A DNA stretch of 64,000 bases from Alphaproteobacteria bacterium (GTDB lineage Bacteria; Pseudomonadota; Alphaproteobacteria; MPNO01; UBA830): NCBI GenBank assembly GCA_965243135.1, contig OZ251539.1, forward strand, positions 2,689,812 through 2,753,811. The letters run 5' to 3'. The notes beneath the pieces were generated by a model, which did no database searches, was not told where the DNA came from, and worked only from the letters and a program-made list of their open reading frames with translations. Below, in pieces: positions 48,021 to 57,240 of the stretch; positions within the stretch are counted from its first letter, which is position 1, and every line of letters starts with the position of its first letter. The translations under genes were made by a program, and so were the position numbers.

Positions 48021-48501
48021 AACCGGCGGAGTATGGAGGCTGCGCCCGCGGCCCGCAAGGAGCCGCGGATCATCTCGCGGACGCGGAACGAGACGAGCCG
48101 ACGGCAGCTCGCCGGCGCCTCCGGGACCGGTTCGCCGGAGCGCGTCGCCGCGCCGTTCGGCCGGCAGCCGAAGGAACCGGGCGGCCGAACGCTCCTTCGG
48201 CGCGGCGAGCGGAAGCACGGCGCCAGCCCTGGCCGGCGAATCGTCCAGGACGACAAGACGATCTCGCCGCCGGGCCGCGCGGCGGTTTCGACCGGGAAAT
48301 CCGCCGTTTTCCACGCGCGACAGAGGACGTTCCCGGCCTGCGAAAGCCGTCTTCGGGAGCTTGTGAACGGCAAAGGGCCCCGAACCCGTTGAGGCGAAGA
48401 AGTTCGCATCGTATGATCTCCCGCCGACGAACGGCAGGCGTCGCCGGTCAATCCGCGCGAACGGGAACCTGCGGTCAACGGATTTTCGCTGCGGAGCGCG
48501 A

Positions 48502-48768
48502 ATGACGGTAGCCGAAACCATAAGGAAAAAACTGACGGGGGCCTTCGCGCCGACCCGGCTCGAAATCGTCGACGAATCGCACATGCATGCCGGACATGCG
48601 GGCGCGCGTCCCGAGGGGGAGACTCATTTCCGCGTCGAAATCGCGTCCGAGGCGTTCCGGGGCCGATCGCGCATCGATCGTCAGCGCATGATTCACGACG
48701 TTCTCGGCGAAGAACTGGCCGGTCCCGTTCACGCGCTCTCGGTGTCGGCGGCGCCGCCGGAGACCTGA
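48502..48768 (+). CDS. bolA: BolA family protein
   Basis: 88-aa ORF: LEIVDESHMHAGHAG...FRVEIASEAFRGRSRIDRQRMIHDVL. Confidence 0.85.
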   Translation: MTVAETIRKKLTGAFAPTRLEIVDESHMHAGHAGARPEGETHFRVEIASEAFRGRSRIDRQRMIHDVLGEELAGPVHALSVSAAPPET

Positions 48769-49102
48769 ACGTCCGCGACCGTCAGGGGCGGCCCCGCGAC
48801 GGGCGCTTCCGGCCGATGCCTTCCAGTTTTCGGAACGAGGGAAGCAGCGCCGGACGCCGCGCGTGGGGCTCGCCACGGCCTCCGCTGCCCGCACGACGAA
48901 GTCGCCGGCGAGGCGCAGCCGCATGCCGCGCAGCGGTTCGCCCGGCTTCGCCTCGCCCCGAAGTCGTCGAGGAACGGCTTCACGTCCGCAAGGCGGCCGG
49001 CGCGTCCCGGAGTCCGTCCGCGCGCCGGAAACTGCAGCGCCCCATGGCGCGGGCCGGCTTTCGCTCCGGTTCGGAGAGGGACATTCGCGATTTCCCGTTT
49101 CG

Positions 49103-50383
49103 TCATGCGCCGCCGGGCGCGCCGTCGCCGGTCTTCATCGGCTTCATCCGGATCTGCGTGATCCGGTTGCGCTGGCGCCTGACGATTTCCAGCCGGAAGC
49201 CGTGAAAATGGAAGATTTGCCCGGCCTGGGGGATGATCCGCGCTTCGTGGATCACCAGGCCGGCGATGGTCGCGGCCTCCTGATCCGGGAGGTTCCAGCC
49301 GAAGCGGCGGTTGAGGTCGCGCACCGTGACGCCGCCCGAAACCAGGCAGCTTCCGTCGCGCTGGGGGCGGACGCCCACCGGCGCGACGTCGTGCTCGTCG
49401 GAGATCTCGCCGACGATTTCCTCCAGGATGTCTTCGAGCGTCACCACGCCCATGAGGGCCCCGTATTCGTCGACCACCAGCGCGAAATGCTCGCGCCGCT
49501 GCCGGAACGCCTGCAGCTGGTCCAGCAGGTTCGTCGAATCGGGAACGAACCATGGCGGCGTCAGGATGCTCTCGACTTCGATGTCGCCGGCTTCGCCCGA
49601 ACGGGCGTGGAGCTCCCGCAGCAGCGCCTTGGCGTGCAGGACGCCGGCTATGTTGTCGGGAGAGTCCCGCCACAGCGGGATCCTGGTGAACTGACTCTCG
49701 AGCGCCCGTTCGACGATCGCGCCGGCCGGCTGCGACGCGTCGATCATGAAGACGTCGCGGCGGTGTTGCATGATCATGCTGACGTCGACGTCCCGCAGGT
49801 CCAGAACGCTGTGGAGCATCGCCGTGACGCCGCTCGCCGGATGCAGTTCGATCGCGCCCCTGAGCTCCTCCAGCGTCGCGTTCATGTCGCGGCCCTCCGC
49901 GCGCCGGACCCCCAGCAGGAATTCGCAGGCGCGAAGCGCCCACTGTATCGCCGACATCACGGGGGTCAGCACCCGGACCAGCATCCGGAAGGTCGGGGCG
50001 ACGAGCAACGCGACCCTGTCGGGGTTGCGGAACGCGTAGGTCTTGGGCAGCAGTTCGCCGAATATCAGCACGAGCAGCGTCATTGACAGGGTCGCGTAGA
50101 CGACGCCGGTTTCTCCGGCCACGCCGATAAGGAGGCTGGTCGCGAGCGCCGAGGCGAGGATGTTGACGAGGTTGTTGCCGAGAAGAATGGCGCCGATCAT
50201 TCGGTCCTGTTCTTCCCGCAGCCGGTTCACCAGCCGCGCCCTCCGGTCGCCTTTCACCTCGAGTTGATGCATGCGCGGCCGCGACGCCGCGGTCAGCGCA
50301 GTCTCGGATCCCGAAAAGAAGGCGGAGAGAACGAGCAGCACCAGGATGCCGGCGAGGGTCGCGAGCAGGGGGTAATCCGTCAA
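49103..50383 (-). CDS. hemolysin-family membrane protein (DUF21-CBS pair-CorC_HlyC; TlyC/CorB-like)
   Basis: The TTG start overlaps the aroB stop (TTGA). LSAFFSGSETALTA, a CBS region, then the CorC_HlyC end. It is the tail of track ORF 49103..51379. Confidence 0.85.
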   Translation of the reverse strand: MTDYPLLATLAGILVLLVLSAFFSGSETALTAASRPRMHQLEVKGDRRARLVNRLREEQDRMIGAILLGNNLVNILASALATSLLIGVAGETGVVYATLSMTLLVLIFGELLPKTYAFRNPDRVALLVAPTFRMLVRVLTPVMSAIQWALRACEFLLGVRRAEGRDMNATLEELRGAIELHPASGVTAMLHSVLDLRDVDVSMIMQHRRDVFMIDASQPAGAIVERALESQFTRIPLWRDSPDNIAGVLHAKALLRELHARSGEAGDIEVESILTPPWFVPDSTNLLDQLQAFRQRREHFALVVDEYGALMGVVTLEDILEEIVGEISDEHDVAPVGVRPQRDGSCLVSGGVTVRDLNRRFGWNLPDQEAATIAGLVIHEARIIPQAGQIFHFHGFRLEIVRRQRNRITQIRMKPMKTGDGAPGGA

Positions 50384-51510
50384 CGCAGGTTTCCCGCGTT
50401 CGGGAGGGCGGCCTCGATCGCGCGCCGGACGGCCTCCGGGTCGGCCTGGGGGGCGACGAAGGCGTCGCCTACGGCACGCGCCAGGACGAAGGCGATCCGC
50501 CCGTCCCGGACTTTCTTGTCCCGGCTCATGCGCCGGATGAGCGCATCGGGGTCGCAGCGGCGGCCCGCCGGCAGGGCGACGGGCAATCCGACCGTCTCGA
50601 AATGCCGGCGGACGCGGGCCACTTCGGCGTACGCGCACAGGCCGAGCGCCGCCGAGAGCTCGAAAGCCATGACCATGCCGACGGCGACCGCCTCGCCGTG
50701 GAGCATCCGGTACCCGGATTCCGCTTCGATGGCGTGGCCGAAGGTATGGCCGAAGTTCAGGAGCGTTCGCGCGCCCGCTTCGCGTTCGTCCCTTCCGACG
50801 ACGTCCGCCTTCACGGCGCAGCTGGCGCGGACGGCATGGCGGCGCGCCGGGCCGTTCTCGGCGACGACCTGGGCGCCGTTGCGTTCGAGCCAGGCGAAGA
50901 ATCCCGGATCGCGGATCAGGCCGTATTTGACCACTTCGGCGTAGCCGGCGAGGAGGTGCGGTCGCGGCAGCGTGTCGAGCATCGCCGTGTCCGCGAGGAC
51001 GAGCCTCGGTTGGTGGAACGCGCCCAGGAGATTCTTGCCGTGGCGCGTATTCACGCCGGTCTTGCCGCCTACCGAACTGTCGACCTGCGACAGCAGGGTC
51101 GTTGGAATCTGGACGAAGTTCAGGCCGCGCAGGATCATGCTGGCGGCGAAACCGGCGATGTCGCCGACGACGCCGCCGCCGAGGGCGATCAGGACCGAGG
51201 AGCGTTCCGGCGCGGAATCGAGCGCCGCGGTCGCGACGCGTTCCACCGTTTCCAGGCTTTTGGTCCGTTCTCCCGGAGGCAGGACTATGGAGGCCGGCCG
51301 GACTCCCGCTTCGGACAACGCCTTCCGGACGCTTTCGAGATGCAGTCCGGCGACCGTTTCGTCGGTGACGATCCAGCACGGGCGCGATCCGGCGAGGTCC
51401 CTGACGCGGGCGGCGCCGCTGCCGCCGGGCGCGGCCACGCCGTCGCCGATGACGATTTCGTAGGACCGTTTCCCGAGTTCGACCCGGAGACTCTCTTCCT
51501 TCCGCTTCAT
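50380..51510 (-). CDS. aroB: 3-dehydroquinate synthase
   Basis: Start MKRKEESLRVELG at 51510, overlapping the aroK stop (ATGA). Motifs GGGVVGDIAGFAA, VDSSVGGKTG and NFGHTFGHA. Confidence 0.9.
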   Translation of the reverse strand: MKRKEESLRVELGKRSYEIVIGDGVAAPGGSGAARVRDLAGSRPCWIVTDETVAGLHLESVRKALSEAGVRPASIVLPPGERTKSLETVERVATAALDSAPERSSVLIALGGGVVGDIAGFAASMILRGLNFVQIPTTLLSQVDSSVGGKTGVNTRHGKNLLGAFHQPRLVLADTAMLDTLPRPHLLAGYAEVVKYGLIRDPGFFAWLERNGAQVVAENGPARRHAVRASCAVKADVVGRDEREAGARTLLNFGHTFGHAIEAESGYRMLHGEAVAVGMVMAFELSAALGLCAYAEVARVRRHFETVGLPVALPAGRRCDPDALIRRMSRDKKVRDGRIAFVLARAVGDAFVAPQADPEAVRRAIEAALPNAGNLR

Positions 51511-52058
51511 GCCGGCTGCGGTCCTTCGAAACAGCGCTGCAGCGCGCGCAGCACGGCGCGGGCGGCGGCGTCGGCCGATCGGTCGCCGGAGGCGACCGTC
51601 AGATCCGCCTCGGCATAGAACGGGTAGCGTTCCGCGATCAGGCGTTCCATGACTTGGCGCCGGTCCCCCATGTTCAGCAGCGGCCGGTCGCTGCGTCGCG
51701 AAACGCGTTCGAGGAGGACTTCGAGATCGGCCTTCAGCCACACGGAAACGCCGTTCAGGCGGACGTTGCGCCGGGTCTCCGCGTCCGCGAACGCGCCGCC
51801 GCCGGTCGCGATCACGGCGTTCCGCCGCTTCATCAGCCGGGCGATCACCCGCCGCTCGCCGTCGCGAAACGCCGGTTCGCCGTATTTCGCGAAGATGTCC
51901 TCGATCGAGCAATTGGCCGCCGCTTCTATCTCCCTGTCGGCATCGATGAATTCGCGGTCGAGCAGGGCCGCCAGCCGCTGTCCGACGGTCGTCTTTCCCG
52001 CTCCCATCAGACCGACCAGAACGATGGGCTTTTCAGCATACTGCAGGGCGACTGTCAT
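51507..52058 (-). CDS. aroK: shikimate kinase
   Basis: Full 183-aa ORF with Walker A GLMGAGKTTVG. Confidence 0.9.
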   Translation of the reverse strand: MTVALQYAEKPIVLVGLMGAGKTTVGQRLAALLDREFIDADREIEAAANCSIEDIFAKYGEPAFRDGERRVIARLMKRRNAVIATGGGAFADAETRRNVRLNGVSVWLKADLEVLLERVSRRSDRPLLNMGDRRQVMERLIAERYPFYAEADLTVASGDRSADAAARAVLRALQRCFEGPQPA

Positions 52059-52502
52059 TGGAAGATTCGCTTAAGCCCAAGGCGTTCTCGCCGTCGGAAT
52101 TTCCGGGAGGCGGCCGCCTTGCGCGGGGCCGGCCACCGGGGTTCGCCCGGTCGCGCTTCCACCTCCGCAGCCGGATCTCGGGCCACGCGCCCCGGGACGA
52201 CCCGCGCACGGAAGGAAAAAGCGTTGTCCTCGGGCGGATCCTCCACCTTCAGCCGGCGCGCGTCAACGGGAAAATAGCGCTGCCGCAGCTGGAAGTCCGG
52301 CATATTTCGGAAAGATCCCTTCCGAGCGCGGCCGGCCAAAACGGCTCGCCGTCGCGAACGACGATCGGCAACATTGCCGCCGCCGCCATCTTCGCGCCGC
52401 CGCGGACGAACTTCCCGTACGACGCCGACGTGCAGGAAGCGCGGGATCGTCTCCCGGTCGACGCTCGACTGGAACTCCAGCGGCGGAAGCGCTTCGCCCT
52501 GG
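52055..52502 (-). pseudogene. Rpn-family (YhgA-like) nuclease gene, distal fragment downstream of the CRISPR array; frameshifted and truncated
   Basis: Track ORF 52055..52609 reads ...RVRLRAEDGQGEALPPLEFQSSVDRETIPRFLHVG, matching the parent family core xEFQSxVDR. The next block, SYGKFVRGGAKMAAAAMLPIVVRDGEPFW, is in another frame. Reading then returns to the first frame (LRQRYFPVDARRLKVEDPPEDNAF). The stop overlaps the aroK ATG. Confidence 0.6.
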
Positions 52503-53140
52503 CCGTCTTCCGCGCGCAGGCGGACGCGCCCTGGAAGGGATGCGCGACCAGATGGCGGACGCCCCGTCTTCCGCGCGCAGGCGGACGCGCCGCTGGCCGA
52601 CAAGCGCACTTTTCCGGCGATGGACCGTCTTCCGCGCGCAGGCGGACGTGCCGTCTAAAACGTGTTGAGAGAAAATTCCCTCAACCCGTCTTCCGCGCGC
52701 AGGCGGACGTGCCCCCGGCATCCGATCCGCCCGGTGGGCCGGACCGCCGTCTTCCGCGCGCAGGCGGACGTGCCCCCGATCGGCGGCCGCGCATGGCATG
52801 TGATCACCCGTCTTCCGCGCGCAGGCGGACGTGCCCTGTTCGCGGTCGAGGCCATCGCCCAGCACGAGCCGTCTTCCGCGCGCAGGCGGACGTGCCTGAA
52901 TCCCATACTTTTTGCAAGATTGTACGCAACCGTCTTCCGCGCGCAGGCGGACGCGCCGGCGCCTCGCGCAATGTCCGCGTGGGACACGCGCCGTCTTCCG
53001 CGCGCAGGCGGACGTGCCTGAATCCCATACTTTTTGCAAGATTGTACGCAACCGTCTTCCGCGCGCAGGCGGACGCGCCAGCCCCGGTCCCGTCGGCATT
53101 GCGCGGATCATCCCGTCTTCCGCGCGCAGGCGGACGCGCC
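52503..53140. CRISPR. CRISPR array: 11 repeats of 28 nt (CCGTCTTCCGCGCGCAGGCGGACGYGCC), 10 spacers of 33 nt, period exactly 61 bp (type I-E-like geometry)
   Basis: Repeat starts are 52503, 52564, 52625, 52686, 52747, 52808, 52869, 52930, 52991, 53052 and 53113. The repeat has an internal palindrome TCCGC-n6-GCGGA. Position 24 (Y) is C in repeats 1, 2, 8, 10 and 11, and T in repeats 3-7 and 9. Spacers are unique except spacer 7 = spacer 9. Confidence 0.9.
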
Positions 53141-53364
53141 AGACCATGTCGGCGCGGCTCTGCCGCAGGTCGTTGTCGACGAACCGCGGCGGGGGATCGC
53201 GGCAGGGAAGTCCGGTTCTCCGCCGAAGTCCGCCCGAAGGAAGCCGTGCGCCAGGTCGGCCACGGACCGTGGGTTGTCGAAAAGCGTTTGCATGGCGTCG
53301 TCGCAGATGTCGCGAACCAGACCGGCTCCCGTCCGGCGAGCCTCGCGGCGGCTTCTTTCTTCAT
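53141..53364 (-). pseudogene. Rpn-family nuclease gene, proximal (N-terminal) fragment upstream of the CRISPR array; frameshifted
   Basis: One minus-strand frame reads GLVRDICDDAMQTLFDNPRSVADLAHGFLRADFGGEPDFPAAIP. After a C5 run, the next frame reads PPRFVDNDLRQSRADMVW and runs straight into repeat 11. This matches the Rpn N-terminal pattern (HDxxFKxxF...P...FxDxDLRxxxxDxxW). The possible original ATG is at 53364; the start is uncertain. Confidence 0.55.
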
Positions 53365-53468
53365 GCGTAAAGCGAAGGCAGCGCGGACGCGCCCCAAAAT
53401 CGCCATAATCTGCGACGATGGTGCGGCCGTCGTCAAGCGCGGCGGACCGCGCGAATTGGGAGCGTCGG

Positions 53469-53609
53469 ATGAAAACGTTGCACATTGCCGTCTTGGCGGG
53501 CGCCTTGCTGGTTCTGGGAGGAGGAGCTGCGTTGCTTGCCGTTTGGGACATCCCCGCCCCATCCGCCGAGGTCGAAAGAATCATTCCGAATGACCGCTTT
53601 CCTCGCTGA
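53469..53609 (+). CDS. small membrane protein (46 aa), hypothetical
   Basis: MKTLHIAVLAGALLVLGGGAALLAVWDIPAPSAEVERIIPNDRFPR has a single TM helix. It overlaps the next gene start by 20 nt. Support is weak. Confidence 0.35.
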   Translation: MKTLHIAVLAGALLVLGGGAALLAVWDIPAPSAEVERIIPNDRFPR

Positions 53610-55332
53610 TCGCCGGCCGCGGATGATCGCCGGCCTGCTGGCCGCGGCGATTTCCTTCGGAGCTGCGGCGCAGCCCGTCGAACTTCGGCGGCCGACTCCC
53701 GACGAGGCCCGTCCCGCGCCGCCGACGCCTCCGCCGGTCGAATCGTCCGGCGAGGAAGCCGGAGCTTCCCGGCCCGCGGACGAGATCGTTTTCGATACGC
53801 TGGACCCGATCGATCCCGATACCTTCGGACTGATCGGCGCGAATCAGGACGGTTTCGGCGTCGACGTCTGGCAGGGAGCGGACTGGCAAACCGTCAGCGG
53901 GCTGATGTCGCAAATCCCGGCGCTCACGACATCGGCCACGATGCGGGCGCTCGCCTCCCGGCTGCTCCTGTCCCGAGCTTTCGTGCCCGCGGGCAAGCCG
54001 GCGAACGCAAGTTTCGTCGGGCTGCGCGTCGAACGGCTTCTGGACATGGCCATGATCGAGGAGGCGCTCGCCCTGTTGAAGGCGGTTCCGGTCCAGCGGC
54101 GCGATGCGACGTTCTCGAAGGTCGAAGTCGAGACGCTCTTCTTCGACAACAGGAATGCGGAGGCATGCGCGCGGGTCGAGGAGGTCGCCGGAAGATTCGC
54201 CGACGTGTACTGGAATCAGGCGCAGGCCTTCTGCGTCGCTCTCGGAGGCGATCAGGCGCGCACCGCGCTCATCGCCGAACTGCTCCGCGAACGGGAGGAA
54301 GAAATAGAGCCGGCGTTCTTCACCGCGCTGGAATCGCTCGCCGGGTTGGAGGTCTCCGAGGTCGAGTCGCTCGACGCGCCCGGCGGACTGCTTCTCTCCA
54401 TGATGCGCGCCGCCGGCCTGAAGCTGCCCGGGCCGCTGGCGAAGAGCGCCGATCCGGCGATTCTCCGTTGGGTCGCGAGGTCGCCGAACGCCGATCTCGA
54501 GGTTCGCCTCGCGGCGGCCGAAAAAGCGCTGGGCGCACATGTTCTCGCGCCCGCCGACGTAACGCGGGCGTATCGGGGCATACGATTTACCGACGAGGAA
54601 CTGGCCAATCCGGTCTCGCGAGCCGAAGCGGACTGGGGACCGCGAGGCCGGGCGCTTCTTATGCGTGCGGCGTCAGCGCAGAGTTCTCCGCTCGCCAAGG
54701 CCGAACTGTTGAGGCGCGCATGGCAGATCGGGCGCGAGCGAGGCGGATACGGCGTGATGGCACGGATGGGCGCTTCGGAGGTTTCGGGCATAACGCCGTC
54801 ATCGGAACTGACGTGGTTCGCGGAGGACGCGGCTCGCGCCTTGTTCGGCGCGGGCCGCATCGCCGAGGCAATGGCCTGGTACGGCGCCGTGGCGGGACCG
54901 AGCGCAGCCCTGGACGAGGCGCGGAACGCGGAGGCCGGCCTGTGGCCGCTCGCGGTGCTGGCCGACAGCGAGACGCCCTTCGATCCCGACCGGTTGACGC
55001 AGTGGTACGCCGACCTGCGGCAATCGGCGCCCGACGAAGCCCGCGGCAGGGCTCTGACCTTGTTCGGACTGCTGGAGGCCGCCGGCCGGAACGTTCCGTG
55101 GCGGACGCTGCTGGACGCGCCGACGGTCGGAAGCGGGACGGATCGGGCATGGGCGCGCAGCCTCGCGGCCGCGGCGGAGGAGGGCCGGATCGGCGAGACC
55201 GTTCTGCTCTCGGCCGTCTTGGCCGGCGCCGGCGCGGGCCCGCCGGAGCTTGCGACCGCGCTCCGACGCGTCGGGCTCGAGGAGGAAGGACGGCGCCTGG
55301 CACTGGAAATCGCCGTCGCGGCCGGGTTGTGA
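53590..55332 (+). CDS. secreted hypothetical protein (580 aa) upstream of xerD
   Basis: MTAFLADRRPRMIAGLLAAAISFGAAAQP signal-like N-terminus, a Pro-rich linker, then a helical Ala/Leu-rich body. Its stop overlaps the xerD GTG (GTGA). Confidence 0.7.
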   Translation: MTAFLADRRPRMIAGLLAAAISFGAAAQPVELRRPTPDEARPAPPTPPPVESSGEEAGASRPADEIVFDTLDPIDPDTFGLIGANQDGFGVDVWQGADWQTVSGLMSQIPALTTSATMRALASRLLLSRAFVPAGKPANASFVGLRVERLLDMAMIEEALALLKAVPVQRRDATFSKVEVETLFFDNRNAEACARVEEVAGRFADVYWNQAQAFCVALGGDQARTALIAELLREREEEIEPAFFTALESLAGLEVSEVESLDAPGGLLLSMMRAAGLKLPGPLAKSADPAILRWVARSPNADLEVRLAAAEKALGAHVLAPADVTRAYRGIRFTDEELANPVSRAEADWGPRGRALLMRAASAQSSPLAKAELLRRAWQIGRERGGYGVMARMGASEVSGITPSSELTWFAEDAARALFGAGRIAEAMAWYGAVAGPSAALDEARNAEAGLWPLAVLADSETPFDPDRLTQWYADLRQSAPDEARGRALTLFGLLEAAGRNVPWRTLLDAPTVGSGTDRAWARSLAAAAEEGRIGETVLLSAVLAGAGAGPPELATALRRVGLEEEGRRLALEIAVAAGL

Positions 55333-56246
55333 CGGCGAGCGGCGGGCAGTCCGCAAGGCTGCTGGAGGTCTTTCTGGAAATGATGACGGCGGAGCGCGGA
55401 GCCGCGGCCAACACCTGCGCCGCCTATCGAGGCGATATCGAACAATATCTGGAGCATCTGCGAGGATCGGGCGTCGACGCGCTGACGGCCGACACCTCCC
55501 ACGTGCGCTCGGCGATCGACGGTTTCGCCGGATACGCCGCGCGCACGCAGGCGCGCAAGCTTTCCGCGCTGCGCCGGTTTCACCGGTTCCTGGTCGTCGA
55601 GGGCTACCGGGACGACGATCCGACTTCGACGGTGGACGGTCCGCGACGCGGGCTGTCCCTGCCCAAGGCGCTGAGTTTCGAGGAGGTGGAGGGGCTGCTC
55701 GCGGCGGCGCGCGCGGTCGAGGGCTGGCGCGGCGCGCGTCTGGTAGCGCTGCTGGAGATCCTGTACGCGACGGGGCTGCGGGTTTCGGAACTCGTGGGGC
55801 TTCGGCGCGGGTCGCTGTCGCGCGCCGGACGGATCGCGACAGTGCGGGGCAAGGGCGGAAAGGAACGCATGGTTCCTCTGGGCGGGCCCGCGCGCGACGC
55901 CGTCGAGGCGTGGTTGCCGCTGCGCGAGGAGCAGCTCGGCGAAGCGGCGAAGGGGAACAAGTGGCTTTTTCCCTCGCGTTCCGCCGCCGGCCATTTGACG
56001 CGCGACCGTTTCGCCAAGCTGTTGCAGGAGGCGGCCGTTTCCGCGGGCATTGACGCGTCGCGCGTTTCGCCGCATGTTCTGCGCCATTCCTTCGCGACCC
56101 ATCTGCTCGCGAACGGAGCCGACCTCCGAAGCGTGCAACAAATGCTCGGTCATGCCGATATCTCCACGACCCAGATCTACACCCATGTTCTCGACGAACG
56201 GCTCCGGGCGCTGGTCCGCGACGTCCATCCGCTCTCGGGCATCTGA
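55329..56246 (+). CDS. xerD: site-specific tyrosine recombinase XerD
   Basis: GTG start. LEVFLEMMTAERGAAANT...LEILYATGLRVSELVGL...HVLRHSFATHLL...LGHADISTTQIYTHV, with the R..HxxR..Y catalytic pattern. Confidence 0.9.
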   Translation: MTASGGQSARLLEVFLEMMTAERGAAANTCAAYRGDIEQYLEHLRGSGVDALTADTSHVRSAIDGFAGYAARTQARKLSALRRFHRFLVVEGYRDDDPTSTVDGPRRGLSLPKALSFEEVEGLLAAARAVEGWRGARLVALLEILYATGLRVSELVGLRRGSLSRAGRIATVRGKGGKERMVPLGGPARDAVEAWLPLREEQLGEAAKGNKWLFPSRSAAGHLTRDRFAKLLQEAAVSAGIDASRVSPHVLRHSFATHLLANGADLRSVQQMLGHADISTTQIYTHVLDERLRALVRDVHPLSGI

Positions 56247-56274
56247 TCCGGCGTGACCGGGCGGAGCGTCGTCC

Positions 56275-57240
56275 TTGGCAGAAACTCACGCCTTTCTTGA
56301 ATTCGAGAAGCCGATCGCGGAGCTCGAGGGCAAGATTCAGGAGTTGCGGCACCTCAGCGACGACAGCGGGATTCGGATCGCCGACGAGGTGGAGCGGTTG
56401 CAGAACCGGGTCGATCGACTGCTGGTCCAGACTTACGCTAGGCTAACTCCGTGGCAGAAGGTTCAGGTGGCCCGGCATCCCGGGCGTCCGCACTGTCTCG
56501 ATTACATCGGCGCGCTGATCGGCGAGTTCACGCCGCTGGCGGGCGATCGCGCCTACGGCGAGGATCAGGCGGTCGTCGGCGGCCTCGGGCGATTTCACGG
56601 CCGGTCGGTGGTCGTTCTCGGCCACGAGAAGGGCGCCGACACCGATTCGCGGATACGGCACAATTTCGGGATGGCGCGGCCGGAGGGGTATCGCAAGGCG
56701 CAGCGCCTGATGCGGCTCGCGGATCGTTTCGGGCTTCCGGTGATCACCTTCGTCGACACGGCCGGCGCCTATCCGGGCGTCGGCGCCGAGGAGCGCGGCC
56801 AGGCGGAGGCGATCGCGCGTTCGATCGAGACCGGGCTCGATTTAAGGGTGCCGGTGGTCGGCGCGGTCATCGGCGAGGGCGGTTCGGGGGGGGCCATCGC
56901 CATTGCGGTGGCCAACCGCGTGCTGATGCTCGAGCATGCAGTCTATTCGGTGATTTCTCCCGAGGGATGCGCGTCGATCCTGTGGCGCGACGCGAGTCAC
57001 GCGACCGAGGCGGCGAACGCGCTCAAGCTCACCGCGCAGGACATGCTGGAGCTGGGCGTCATCGACGCGATCATTCCCGAGCCGGTCGGCGCGGCGCATC
57101 GCGACGGCAAGGCGGCGATCGAAGCGACGGGCCGCGCGATTTCGGACAGCCTAGATGCGTTGCGCGGCCTCGAGGGCGATGCATTGCGGCGGCAGCGGCG
57201 CGAGAAATTCATGCAAGTAGGGGAGCGTCCGGACAATTGA
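56275..57240 (+). CDS. accA: acetyl-CoA carboxylase carboxyltransferase subunit alpha
   Basis: Full 321-aa ORF (TTG start): [18 protein letters not shown]...RHPGRP...[10 protein letters not shown]...GEGGSGGA. Confidence 0.95.
   Translation: MAETHAFLEFEKPIAELEGKIQELRHLSDDSGIRIADEVERLQNRVDRLLVQTYARLTPWQKVQVARHPGRPHCLDYIGALIGEFTPLAGDRAYGEDQAVVGGLGRFHGRSVVVLGHEKGADTDSRIRHNFGMARPEGYRKAQRLMRLADRFGLPVITFVDTAGAYPGVGAEERGQAEAIARSIETGLDLRVPVVGAVIGEGGSGGAIAIAVANRVLMLEHAVYSVISPEGCASILWRDASHATEAANALKLTAQDMLELGVIDAIIPEPVGAAHRDGKAAIEATGRAISDSLDALRGLEGDALRRQRREKFMQVGERPDN

Noticed and set aside
52058-53593. ORFs crossing the CRISPR array (52058..53593 +, 52263..53147 -, 52804..53562 -, 52655..52987 -, and others), which show periodic peptide motifs (SSARRRT, RLRAEDG, ARPPARGRR).
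   Set aside because: The periodic motifs are simply the 28-nt repeat translated in rotating frames, because 61 is not a multiple of 3. Only the terminal repeats are meaningful as continuations of the Rpn flanks.
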